A DNA stretch of 64,000 bases from Bacillota bacterium (GTDB taxonomy: Bacteria > Bacillota_I > Bacilli_A > RF39 > UBA660). The DNA lies in the NCBI GenBank assembly GCA_003524085.1, contig DOEC01000029.1, positions 21,819 to 85,818 on the forward strand. The letters are read 5' to 3'. The translations under genes were made by a program, and so were the position numbers. Below, one piece after another: positions 45,157 to 55,756 of the stretch; position 1 is the first letter of the stretch; each line of letters opens with the position of its first letter. The notes beneath the pieces are model-generated. The model was not told where the DNA came from and made no database searches. It was given only the letters and a program-made list of their open reading frames with translations.

Positions 45157-45371
45157 ACATAAAAAAAACAAAAGATTTTGTAACGTCTTTAGTAGGAAAG
45201 CCATGCTTGTTTAAGGTTAATGTTGGTAGGAATAAGTGGGAGAAATTTGAGGGTGTTATAATTAGTGTTTATGATAAAGTTTTTACAGTGCTAGTCGGGA
45301 GTGTTACAAAAAGTTTTAGTTATAATGATGTGTTAATCAAGGATGTTCAGATAAAAGAAAATAACTTGTAG
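45153..45371 (+). CDS. veg: Veg protein
   Basis: 72 aa. The pattern LVGKPCLFKVNVGRNKWEKFEGVI..VY..VF is Veg-like and the position is syntenic. Confidence 0.65.
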   Translation: MNIKKTKDFVTSLVGKPCLFKVNVGRNKWEKFEGVIISVYDKVFTVLVGSVTKSFSYNDVLIKDVQIKENNL

Positions 45372-45460
45372 TGTTTTGTGTAAACATATTCAAAATCACT
45401 TGAAAACTTACTCTAGTTATTATATAATTATGTTAGTAGTTACAAGAGGAGGAATGAAAG

Positions 45461-45736
45461 ATGAAGATAACTAACGTAAGCATACGTAAGAGTGATAGAG
45501 AAGACTCTCGTATGAAAGCAATTGCATCTGTTTTATTAGATGACGAATTCGCAGTACATGATATTAGAATCATAGAAGGGACAAAAGGATTATTTATAGC
45601 AATGCCTAGTAGAAAAACTAGCAGTGGTGGTTATAGAGATATAGCTCATCCAATTAGTCAAGAAGTAAGAACTATGTTTGAAAAAGAAATTCTTGATGCT
45701 TATGAAAAATCTTTAAATGAACCAACAGAAGAGTAG
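45461..45736 (+). CDS. spoVG: Septation protein SpoVG
   Basis: MKITNVSIRK....RMKAIASV.LDDEFAVHDIRIIEG..GLFIAMPSRK. Confidence 0.92.
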   Translation: MKITNVSIRKSDREDSRMKAIASVLLDDEFAVHDIRIIEGTKGLFIAMPSRKTSSGGYRDIAHPISQEVRTMFEKEILDAYEKSLNEPTEE

Positions 45737-45754
45737 TAATATTCTTCTTTTTTT
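45727..45754 (+). terminator. Rho-independent terminator after spoVG
   Basis: AGAAGA (45727-45732) / TCTTCT (45743-45748) followed by T6. Confidence 0.65.
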
Positions 45755-45781
45755 ATGCATATTATTTTGTGGGTGAAATGT

Positions 45782-46072
45782 ATGGATAAAAAGGATAGAG
45801 AGAGTAATTTTAATCATTTAGTAGAAATAAACGAGAGAAAGACTTTAGTAGTAAGTGGTGTTAAAAAGTTAGAGAGTTTTGATAGTAAGGAATTCTTTTT
45901 AGAGAGTGTGATGGGGTATATTTTAATAAAGGGACAAGACTTAGAACTTATTAAACTAGATACTTGGGAAGGAACTTTGTCTATTAAGGGAAAAATAAAT
46001 TCTTTTAATTATTTAGATAATGGGGGAAAGAAAGCTAAAGAAGAGAGTGTGCTTTCTAAGCTATTTAAATGA
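45782..46072 (+). CDS. yabP: Sporulation protein YabP
   Basis: NHLVEINERKTLVVSGVKKLESFDSKEF...IKGQDLELIKLD pattern. I preferred ATG 45782, because the track start at 45755 abuts the terminator T-run. Confidence 0.65.
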   Translation: MDKKDRESNFNHLVEINERKTLVVSGVKKLESFDSKEFFLESVMGYILIKGQDLELIKLDTWEGTLSIKGKINSFNYLDNGGKKAKEESVLSKLFK

Positions 46073-46389
46073 AGTTAGATATACAACTACTAAGTATTAT
46101 TTTTTCTTTTAGTTATGGTATTATTGTTAGTTATTTATATAATATTAGTTATTCATTTTTGTATAAAACGAGTATTCTTTATAGAGTAGTTATTAACGTA
46201 TTATTTTGTATAGATGTCGGTCTTATTTATTTTCTTTTGTTAAAAGTTATTAACTATGGAGTTGTTCACATTTATTTTGTGATGGTATTTTTGATTAGTT
46301 TTATTTTGTTTAGTGGGAAATATAAAAATTTGAGAAAATGTGTAAAGTTAAAGAAAAGTAAAGTGAAATCTATGGATAAAAAATGTTAG
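46069..46389 (+). CDS. yabQ: Spore cortex biosynthesis membrane protein YabQ-like
   Basis: 106 aa with 3 TM. ATGA overlap with yabP. Position is syntenic. Confidence 0.5.
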   Translation: MKLDIQLLSIIFSFSYGIIVSYLYNISYSFLYKTSILYRVVINVLFCIDVGLIYFLLLKVINYGVVHIYFVMVFLISFILFSGKYKNLRKCVKLKKSKVKSMDKKC

Positions 46390-46425
46390 ATGTGGTATTA
46401 TATATTAGGAAGGGTAGATAATATT

Positions 46426-46704
46426 ATGACTAAAAAGGATAAAAGAAGAATTACTTTACTATTTATGATTATGATACCACTTTTGGTACTCTTTGTTAGT
46501 AGAATGTTTAGCTATTGGTCTGTTATTATTACGAATATTAATGAAAAGAAAGAGTTAGAAACAAAGTATAAAGAGATTTTAGAGAAAGAAGACCTTTTAA
46601 AGAGTGAGATAAATAAACTTCAAGATAAAGAGTATGTAGCTAGATATGCTAGAGAGAAACTTCTTTATAGTAAAGATGGGGAAATTATTATTAAGATGGA
46701 TTAG
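46426..46704 (+). CDS. divIC: Septum formation initiator DivIC/FtsB family
   Basis: N-terminal TM, a coiled coil and the YVARYAREKL motif. ATG 46426. Confidence 0.6.
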   Translation: MTKKDKRRITLLFMIMIPLLVLFVSRMFSYWSVIITNINEKKELETKYKEILEKEDLLKSEINKLQDKEYVARYAREKLLYSKDGEIIIKMD

Positions 46705-46706
46705 TT

Positions 46707-47000
46707 ATGAATATGGATGAGATTTATAATAGTATAAGAGATATACGTGAGGCGATGCTTGTTAATTTAGGTAGTGTTAAAGCTAGAGTTAATTCTATTA
46801 TTGTTAGTAGAAATAGGGATGCTAATTATATTGGGAGAGTGTTTGATGAACTACTTGATTATATGAGTTTATGTTATTATGAAGTGAAACCGATGTATCT
46901 TAGATTACTAGAGTATACTAGTACGTTTGATATTGAGTTAACTAATGACTATATTAGTATATTTAATAAAATGTTTGATGAAAAAATAAGAAAACTTTAA
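46707..47000 (+). CDS. Hypothetical protein (97 aa)
   Basis: The ORF is tightly packed after divIC. I recognised no family. Confidence 0.4.
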   Translation: MNMDEIYNSIRDIREAMLVNLGSVKARVNSIIVSRNRDANYIGRVFDELLDYMSLCYYEVKPMYLRLLEYTSTFDIELTNDYISIFNKMFDEKIRKL

Positions 47001-47062
47001 AAGTCAAGAGTTTTCTTTTTTATTTGGGTGTTGTATAATAGATAAGAAGAGTGGTGAATTAT

Positions 47063-49144
47063 ATGGTTAAATTAAATGATAAACAAAAAGAGGCAGTTGA
47101 ATTTATGGATGGACCATGTCTAGTACTTGCAGGTGCTGGAAGTGGAAAGACTAAAGTTTTAACTGAGAGAATAGTAAATTTAATAAATAACGGAGTAAGT
47201 CCATATAATATACTTGCAATTACTTTTACTAATAAGGCTGCTAGAGAAATGAGAAGTAGAGTTGAAAATAGTACTAGAGAAGAGGCTGATAAAATATTTA
47301 TAGGGACATTTCATAGTTTTGGATTAAAGGTATTAAGAGAAAATGCTAGTGTTTTAGGGTATTCAAATAACGTTACTATACTTGATAGGGATGACGTTAA
47401 TACTTTGATTAAAAGATTTATGAAAGAGTTAAATTTAGATAGTGATATGTATCCTGTTAAGAGTATTTTAAATAAAATTAGTTTTGCAAAGAATGAGGGT
47501 TTAAGTCCAGAAGAGTATGAAAAGTTTGCAAAGGCACCACTTGATTCTGCTGCTTGTAAGATATATAAGATGTACTTGAGTGCTTTAAAGAGAAGTAATA
47601 GTGTTGACTTTGACGATTTGTTAATCATGCCTTTAGAGATATTTAAGAAAGATAGGAGTGTTTTAGAGAAGTATCAAGAGCATTATAAGTATATCTTAGT
47701 AGATGAGTATCAAGATACAAATATGGTTCAATATGATTTATGTAAGATTTTAAGTAGTAAATATAGGAATTTGTTTGTAGTTGGAGATATGGATCAAAGC
47801 ATTTATAGTTTTAGATTTGCTAATTATATGAATGTTCTTAATTTTGAAAAAGATAATAAAGATGCGAAGACTATAGTACTAGATGAAAACTATAGAAGTA
47901 CTAATAATATTTTGAATGCTGCCAATAGTGTGATTAAGAATAATAAAGAGAGAAAAGAAAAGAACTTATGGAGTAGTAAGGGCGACGGGGATAAGATTAA
48001 GTATATTAGATGTGATAATGAACTAGAAGAAGCTGGTACTGTTGTTAGACTTACTAAGGGGTTAATTGAAAGTGGAGAAAGTCCTAGTGAGATAGCAGTT
48101 TTATATAGAACAAATGGACAAAGTCGTGTGTTTGAAGAGGCTTTTCTTAAAGAGAATATTCCTTTTAAGATAGTTGGGTCTTACTTTTTCTATAATAGAA
48201 AAGAAATAAAAGATCTAATTAGTTATATGCATTTAATATATAATAATAATGATGATGCTAGTTTGGAGAGAGTTATTAATGTTCCTAAAAGGGGTATTGG
48301 TAATAAGACAATTGATAGGCTTAGAACTGAAGCTAAAATAAGTGATACTAGTATGTTTAGTGTTATAACTGAAGGCAGAGAACTTAATTTTAAGAATTTG
48401 ATACTTGAGTTAACTGAGATATCAAAGAATACTGATTTAGTTGGATTAGTTGATGCAATTTTGGATAAGTCTGGACTTAAGGCTGATTTACTTGAACAGA
48501 ATAGTTTGGAAAGTGAGATAAAACTTGAAAACTTAGAAGAGTTTAAGAGTATTGCACTTGGTTTTCAAGAGAGAGGTATTTTTAGTTTAGAAGATTTCTT
48601 AGAGAATATTAGTTTAGTTAGTGATAGAAATGAGTATAAGGAAGTAGAAAACGGGGTTAATTTGATGACTCTTCATAGTGCGAAAGGGCTTGAATTTAAT
48701 GATGTTTTCTTAGTTGGAATGGAAGAAGGAGTTTTTCCTCATAATAGAAGTTTTGAAAGTGAAAGTGATCTTGAAGAAGAAAGACGCCTTTGTTATGTAG
48801 GCATTACAAGAGCTAAAGAGAAACTTTGGATAATGAATGCTAAAAAGAGAACTTTATTTGGACAAGTGAGTAATAATTTACCTAGTAGATTTATTGGGGA
48901 AATTGATAGTGAGTTACTTGATAAAGAAGAGAGTATTACAAGAAATACAAGCTCTGTTATAGTAGGAAATATGTATGACGAAGACAGAAATGAAGATTTG
49001 AAAGTAGGAGATAAGATACATCATGATAAGTTTGGCGATGGAGTTGTAGTAGGAATTGATGGAAGTATTGCAAGTATTGCTTTTGGTTATATGTATGGTG
49101 TTAAACAGCTTGCTAAAAATCATAAAAGTATAAAGAAGATATAA
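47063..49144 (+). CDS. pcrA: ATP-dependent DNA helicase PcrA (UvrD family)
   Basis: AGAGSGKT, DEYQDTN and VGITRAK motifs. Confidence 0.92.
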   Translation: MVKLNDKQKEAVEFMDGPCLVLAGAGSGKTKVLTERIVNLINNGVSPYNILAITFTNKAAREMRSRVENSTREEADKIFIGTFHSFGLKVLRENASVLGYSNNVTILDRDDVNTLIKRFMKELNLDSDMYPVKSILNKISFAKNEGLSPEEYEKFAKAPLDSAACKIYKMYLSALKRSNSVDFDDLLIMPLEIFKKDRSVLEKYQEHYKYILVDEYQDTNMVQYDLCKILSSKYRNLFVVGDMDQSIYSFRFANYMNVLNFEKDNKDAKTIVLDENYRSTNNILNAANSVIKNNKERKEKNLWSSKGDGDKIKYIRCDNELEEAGTVVRLTKGLIESGESPSEIAVLYRTNGQSRVFEEAFLKENIPFKIVGSYFFYNRKEIKDLISYMHLIYNNNDDASLERVINVPKRGIGNKTIDRLRTEAKISDTSMFSVITEGRELNFKNLILELTEISKNTDLVGLVDAILDKSGLKADLLEQNSLESEIKLENLEEFKSIALGFQERGIFSLEDFLENISLVSDRNEYKEVENGVNLMTLHSAKGLEFNDVFLVGMEEGVFPHNRSFESESDLEEERRLCYVGITRAKEKLWIMNAKKRTLFGQVSNNLPSRFIGEIDSELLDKEESITRNTSSVIVGNMYDEDRNEDLKVGDKIHHDKFGDGVVVGIDGSIASIAFGYMYGVKQLAKNHKSIKKI

Positions 49145-49192
49145 TATGTGAAGTTAACTATAGAGTTAGCTTTTTCTTTTGCATAAAAAAAT

Positions 49193-49220
49193 ACAAATTC
49201 GGAATACAATTCCGAAAATG
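49193..49220 (+). repeat. 28-nt direct repeat copy A (contains 8-bp-stem hairpin)
   Basis: ACAAATTCGGAATaCAATTCCGAAAATG, with stem TTCGGAAT/ATTCCGAA. On the minus strand it is followed by TTTGTATTTTTTT, so it looks like the terminator for the ATPase gene. Confidence 0.7.
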
Positions 49221-49232
49221 TATAAAAAATTC

Positions 49233-50492
49233 TTAAATATATTCTATTGGAACCATGTAGTTATTTTCGTCAATTGCTATTATGTCTTTTGTCATACAAA
49301 GAACGATACCATTACCTTTTTCAGGTTCAAATTTATTTACTATATCAAAATTTTTGATTGCGTCTTTGTTAGGATTAGCACTTTTTTTAATTTCTATTGG
49401 ATACATAACATTATTATAATTTATAAGTAAGTCTATTTCTTTTTGGCTGTTGTCTCTATAAAAATATAAGTGTTTTCTAGCATCTTTACCATGATTTACA
49501 AATGATTTAATTATTTCTGTTACTACATATGTTTCAAATATTGGACCACTGTATGCACTTCTTTCTAAAGTAATTGGGTCAACGTATCCTGCTAAATAGC
49601 AAGCAAGACCTGTGTCCATAAAATATATTTTTTCTCTTTTAATTGCTCTACCAACAGCGTTATTCATATATGGTTGTAGTAAATAGATAAGTCCAGTATT
49701 TTTTAGTACAGATAACCAAGAAGTAGCTGTTTTATCGTCAATTCCAGCTTCAGAAGCCACAGATGTTGCGATAAATTCTTGACCAGTTCTTGCAGCTAAA
49801 GAAGAAATGTACTTTATAAATTTGTTTTCATCAGATATATTTATAAATTTTCTAATATCTTTTTCCATAAATGTTTTTAAGTAGTCGCTGTAATATTGTT
49901 CTATTTCTTTACTAGCTATATATAGTTCTGGATAAGTGCCTTTAAATATTTTTTTGTATAAGTTTAGAGTTGTTTTATATTCTGTTCTAACTCTTTTTTT
50001 TATGTCTTCAATTTTAGGAATAAATAATTCGTCTTTTTTATTTTCAATTTCTCTTTCAGTTAAACCATATAAATCTAATATTCCAACTCTTCCAGCAAGA
50101 GACTCACTTACTTCTTTCATTGTTTCAAAAATTTGACTGCCGGTTAAAAAATATAATGTTTCTGCTTTTTCCTTTTCTCCAAAAATTATTTTTTCATTTT
50201 CGTTATCAACGATCATTTTGATGTAAGATAAAATTTCTGGTGCTTTTTGAAATTCGTCAATAATTAATGGAGTATCATGTGTTCTTAAAAATAATTCAGG
50301 GTCATTAATTGCTTGTTCTCTAAGTTTATAGTCGTCTAATGTAACTCTGTTAATCTTTTTGTCTAGTTTTTTTGAAATATAGTTTAGTACTGTACTTTTT
50401 CCTACTTGTCTTGGGCCTGTAATCATTATAACTTGATAATTGTCTATCATAGAGATTAATTTTTCTTCAATAGTTCTTTTAATATATTTCAT
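49233..50492 (-). CDS. AAA-family ATPase with DUF4143-like C-terminal domain
   Basis: Walker A is GPRQVGKST and Walker B is LIIDEFQ. I preferred start MKYIKR (ATG 50492, RBS AGGTGA) over the track start at 50588. Confidence 0.75.
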   Translation of the reverse strand: MKYIKRTIEEKLISMIDNYQVIMITGPRQVGKSTVLNYISKKLDKKINRVTLDDYKLREQAINDPELFLRTHDTPLIIDEFQKAPEILSYIKMIVDNENEKIIFGEKEKAETLYFLTGSQIFETMKEVSESLAGRVGILDLYGLTEREIENKKDELFIPKIEDIKKRVRTEYKTTLNLYKKIFKGTYPELYIASKEIEQYYSDYLKTFMEKDIRKFINISDENKFIKYISSLAARTGQEFIATSVASEAGIDDKTATSWLSVLKNTGLIYLLQPYMNNAVGRAIKREKIYFMDTGLACYLAGYVDPITLERSAYSGPIFETYVVTEIIKSFVNHGKDARKHLYFYRDNSQKEIDLLINYNNVMYPIEIKKSANPNKDAIKNFDIVNKFEPEKGNGIVLCMTKDIIAIDENNYMVPIEYI

Positions 50493-50508
50493 AATATCAC
50501 CTGTTATA

Positions 50509-50537
50509 ATGATATCATAAACATAATAAAAAGTCAA
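50509..50537 (-). promoter_or_regulatory. Sigma-A promoter of the ATPase gene
   Basis: On the minus strand: TTGACT (50537-50532), a 17-nt spacer, then TATCAT (50514-50509). The -35 box abuts repeat copy B. Confidence 0.55.
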
Positions 50538-50564
50538 CAAATTCGGAATGCAATTCCGAAAATG
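50537..50564 (+). repeat. 28-nt direct repeat copy B
   Basis: ACAAATTCGGAATgCAATTCCGAAAATG, identical to copy A at 27 of 28 positions, with the one difference in the loop. Confidence 0.7.
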
Positions 50565-50641
50565 AGAAAATAATCTTAAGTCAACCATTAGTTGATTGCT
50601 TTTTTTGTTCTTTTTTAATATGATGTATATAGGTGAAGAAA

Positions 50642-51658
50642 ATGGATTTAAATAAAACTGGTAAATACTTAAAAAAACTAAGAGAAGAAAATAATTTAAC
50701 TCAAAAAGATGTGGCTTATCAATTAAATATAAGTGTACAAGCTGTTAGTAAGTGGGAAACGGGAAAAAGTTTTCCCGATGTGGGTTTGCTTGAAAGAATA
50801 AGTAAATTATATAATGTTAAGGTAGAATACTTATTAAATGGAAAACTTACTGAAACCATAGGATATTATAATAAAAAAACAAAGATGAAATCAATTTTAA
50901 TAATAACTTTAGTTATAGTATTTTCCATATTTACTTTGTTCTTTTTAACTACTTTTAATAAATTTAAAATTTATGAATTAAACTCTGGAGATGTGGCAAA
51001 AGGATATTTTGTTAGTACCACTGATTATAATGTGTTTGATTTAAAGTTAAGTAACACTGAGAATATAGAACGTGTAATGCTTTATTATAAGGTGGAAGAA
51101 CAAGGATATTTAATTATTAAAGGAGGACTTAGTGTACTTAATATAACGGGGGAATATAAATATGGTAATGAAATAGACATGATTAAAAATCATTTAAATG
51201 ATTTATATGTACGAATTTATTATAATGATAGTTACGAAGATATAAAAATTAATACAGAGTTAATACATGTTAATAATTCTTTAATTAATATTAAGCATCA
51301 GCCTGAGTATTCAAATTATATAGATCATGATATTATAATTAATAATATAGATGATATGAAAAAAGATTTAGTTAGTAAAGGGTTTGTTTTAAAGGATGGG
51401 TTATATGTTAAAGAAAGGGTTGATGGAGAAGTGATAGTAGATATAGATAAGGATAGTATAGAATTTAAGTCAGATAATTGTTATGCAAGTACTTTATTTA
51501 ATCAAGACTTAATAAAGCTAGTAGTAAATGGAAAAGAGTATTTACATAAACCTCTTGATGGTATGGCTGAATATGAAGACTGCTTACTGCTTGTTGACTT
51601 TGAATTTTCCTCTTTAAAGAACGATTATTTGGAAGTTTATATAAGGGAGAGGGGGTGA
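50642..51658 (+). CDS. Membrane-spanning XRE-family HTH regulator with extracytoplasmic domain
   Basis: HTH is LTQKDVAYQLNISVQAVSKWETGKSFP, followed by one TM (about residues 85-107) and then about 230 aa of unknown domain. Confidence 0.7.
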   Translation: MDLNKTGKYLKKLREENNLTQKDVAYQLNISVQAVSKWETGKSFPDVGLLERISKLYNVKVEYLLNGKLTETIGYYNKKTKMKSILIITLVIVFSIFTLFFLTTFNKFKIYELNSGDVAKGYFVSTTDYNVFDLKLSNTENIERVMLYYKVEEQGYLIIKGGLSVLNITGEYKYGNEIDMIKNHLNDLYVRIYYNDSYEDIKINTELIHVNNSLINIKHQPEYSNYIDHDIIINNIDDMKKDLVSKGFVLKDGLYVKERVDGEVIVDIDKDSIEFKSDNCYASTLFNQDLIKLVVNGKEYLHKPLDGMAEYEDCLLLVDFEFSSLKNDYLEVYIRERG

Positions 51659-52629
51659 AGAAAGTGAAAATTAAGAATTTCTTATTTTGTTTGGTTTGTG
51701 TTATTATTTTATTTAGTGATGTTAAAAAAGCAAATGCTTTAAGTGAATTAAATATAAATGACAATGATATTGATATATCAAGTGAACAGTTAATTGCTGA
51801 AGATACTAAATATTTTGCAACAGTTACCTTTTACAATAAAAATATTCTATATAGTGTAAATGGTGGCAGTGAATGGGCGACTCGTGCTTATACAATTGAA
51901 ATATCTGAGAATGAATACGAAACAGAAAATTTGAAAGATAATTATTATTTTGCTACAGGAGATGAAGAAGTGATAACTGATTATAAAAAATTGAAAACTA
52001 CAATATCAAAGAAAAATAGTCAATTTTATAATGTTAAGAATCAGCTTGATTGGAAAGCAGGTAAAATGCCTAAAACTCGTGGAATAGATTTGTTCGGGAT
52101 TAGAATTTCAGATGGCATACAACCTGTAGCAAATAGTAAGTCAGGCACTGTAGTTTATTCTATGTATAATGAATGTTTAGGTACAACTGAACAAAAAAGT
52201 ATAAATCTTGCTAGTAATGGAAGTTGGAAATTTGATAATTCTGGATATGGAGTTGCTTTTCAATTGCCTAAAAACACTACTTATAGTTTTTATTACGATA
52301 GATATTTTATAAATACTTGGGATTGCACTACTAGTTCTCCAAAAATCGCAGAATCTTCTGGTAATAAAAGTTTTCCAGTTACACTAAAATCTTTATCTTC
52401 AACAATGAGTTTTGATGTTACGAAAACTTATGCAAATGCTGTAATGAATGCCATCAGTGCTTATGGTACTTATCAACACTCTGTAAAGAGTTTAACTTTG
52501 AATGAAGCTTTATCATTTTCTATTGGCTCTAGTGGATTAGGCGGCGTCTTCGTTGTTTCAGCATCAATTAAAAATAAATATGATAATATGGGCGGAACAC
52601 ATGCTCAATTAATTGGAATTAATTGGTAA
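51655..52629 (+). CDS. Secreted hypothetical protein (signal peptide)
   Basis: N-terminal hydrophobic signal ending KKANA/LS. GTGA overlap with the XRE gene. I recognised no family. Confidence 0.5.
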   Translation: MKKVKIKNFLFCLVCVIILFSDVKKANALSELNINDNDIDISSEQLIAEDTKYFATVTFYNKNILYSVNGGSEWATRAYTIEISENEYETENLKDNYYFATGDEEVITDYKKLKTTISKKNSQFYNVKNQLDWKAGKMPKTRGIDLFGIRISDGIQPVANSKSGTVVYSMYNECLGTTEQKSINLASNGSWKFDNSGYGVAFQLPKNTTYSFYYDRYFINTWDCTTSSPKIAESSGNKSFPVTLKSLSSTMSFDVTKTYANAVMNAISAYGTYQHSVKSLTLNEALSFSIGSSGLGGVFVVSASIKNKYDNMGGTHAQLIGINW

Positions 52630-52653
52630 AGTACATTCACTTATTTTAAAATA

Positions 52654-52685
52654 CTTGGAAGTATTAAAACTTCTGAGTTTTTTCT
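52654..52685 (+). terminator. Probable terminator
   Basis: GGAAGT / ACTTCT imperfect stem followed by T7. Confidence 0.45.
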
Positions 52686-52724
52686 TTTAATTTGTTATGT
52701 TTTTTGATACAATTATATTGGTGA

Positions 52725-55071
<2,347 letters not shown>

Positions 55072-55282
55072 TGCTCATTTTTTCTTGTAATAGGTTATTT
55101 GACAATATTTTTAAGATATGCAAGTGTTATAATAAATTTTAGAATAAATGTCAGTATAATTTCTATTTAATTAGGTGTTTTTATGAATAAAGAGATGTTA
55201 AAGTAGTAATAATTAGTGTATAACTTAATGTAAACTAGAAATATTCTATAAAATATAGTATAATTTTATGTAGGTGATTTAT

Positions 55283-55747
55283 GTGAAGAAAATTTTAAAA
55301 GAAAATAGGACATTATTTGTGTTAGCGATAATTATATTAATATCATTAGTTTTGATGGGTGTAGGACTAATTAGTTATTTTTATGGTAATAATAAAAATC
55401 CTTATGGAGATAGACTAAAAGATATAGATAATCATAAAATTAGTGAGAGCATTGCTAGTGATATAAAAGGTATTTATGAAGAAAATGTTAGTGATGTTAG
55501 AGTTGAAGTGAAGGGAAAGATTATTTATATTATAATGAATGTAAATGATGGAGTAAGTAAAATAGATGCAGAAGGGTACGCTGTTAAGGCGCTAGAAAAA
55601 TTTAAGAGTGAAGATTTAGAGTATTATGATGTACAGTTTTTGATTACTTGTAGTGATGAAAAAAAAGAAGAAGATGAGAAAGCAATTTATCCAATTGCTG
55701 GAGCTAAAAAGGCTAAGGGTAGTCAAATAATTTGGAGTAATAATTAA
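55283..55747 (+). CDS. Hypothetical membrane-anchored protein
   Basis: GTG 55283 follows RBS AGGTGA (the track start at 55274 overlaps the RBS). N-terminal TM. Confidence 0.45.
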   Translation: MKKILKENRTLFVLAIIILISLVLMGVGLISYFYGNNKNPYGDRLKDIDNHKISESIASDIKGIYEENVSDVRVEVKGKIIYIIMNVNDGVSKIDAEGYAVKALEKFKSEDLEYYDVQFLITCSDEKKEEDEKAIYPIAGAKKAKGSQIIWSNN

Positions 55748-55756
55748 GGAGTTATA

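Noticed and set aside
24172-46401. The recurrent motif TGTGGTA(T/A)(T/G/A)AT at 24172, 27197, 33820, 39375 and 46391, considered as a novel dispersed repeat.
   Set aside because: It matches the known Firmicute extended -10 (TRTG-n-TATAAT) promoter architecture, and each copy sits at a sensible distance upstream of a gene. Only the 17-nt identity of the two copies flanking the agr locus was kept as a finding.
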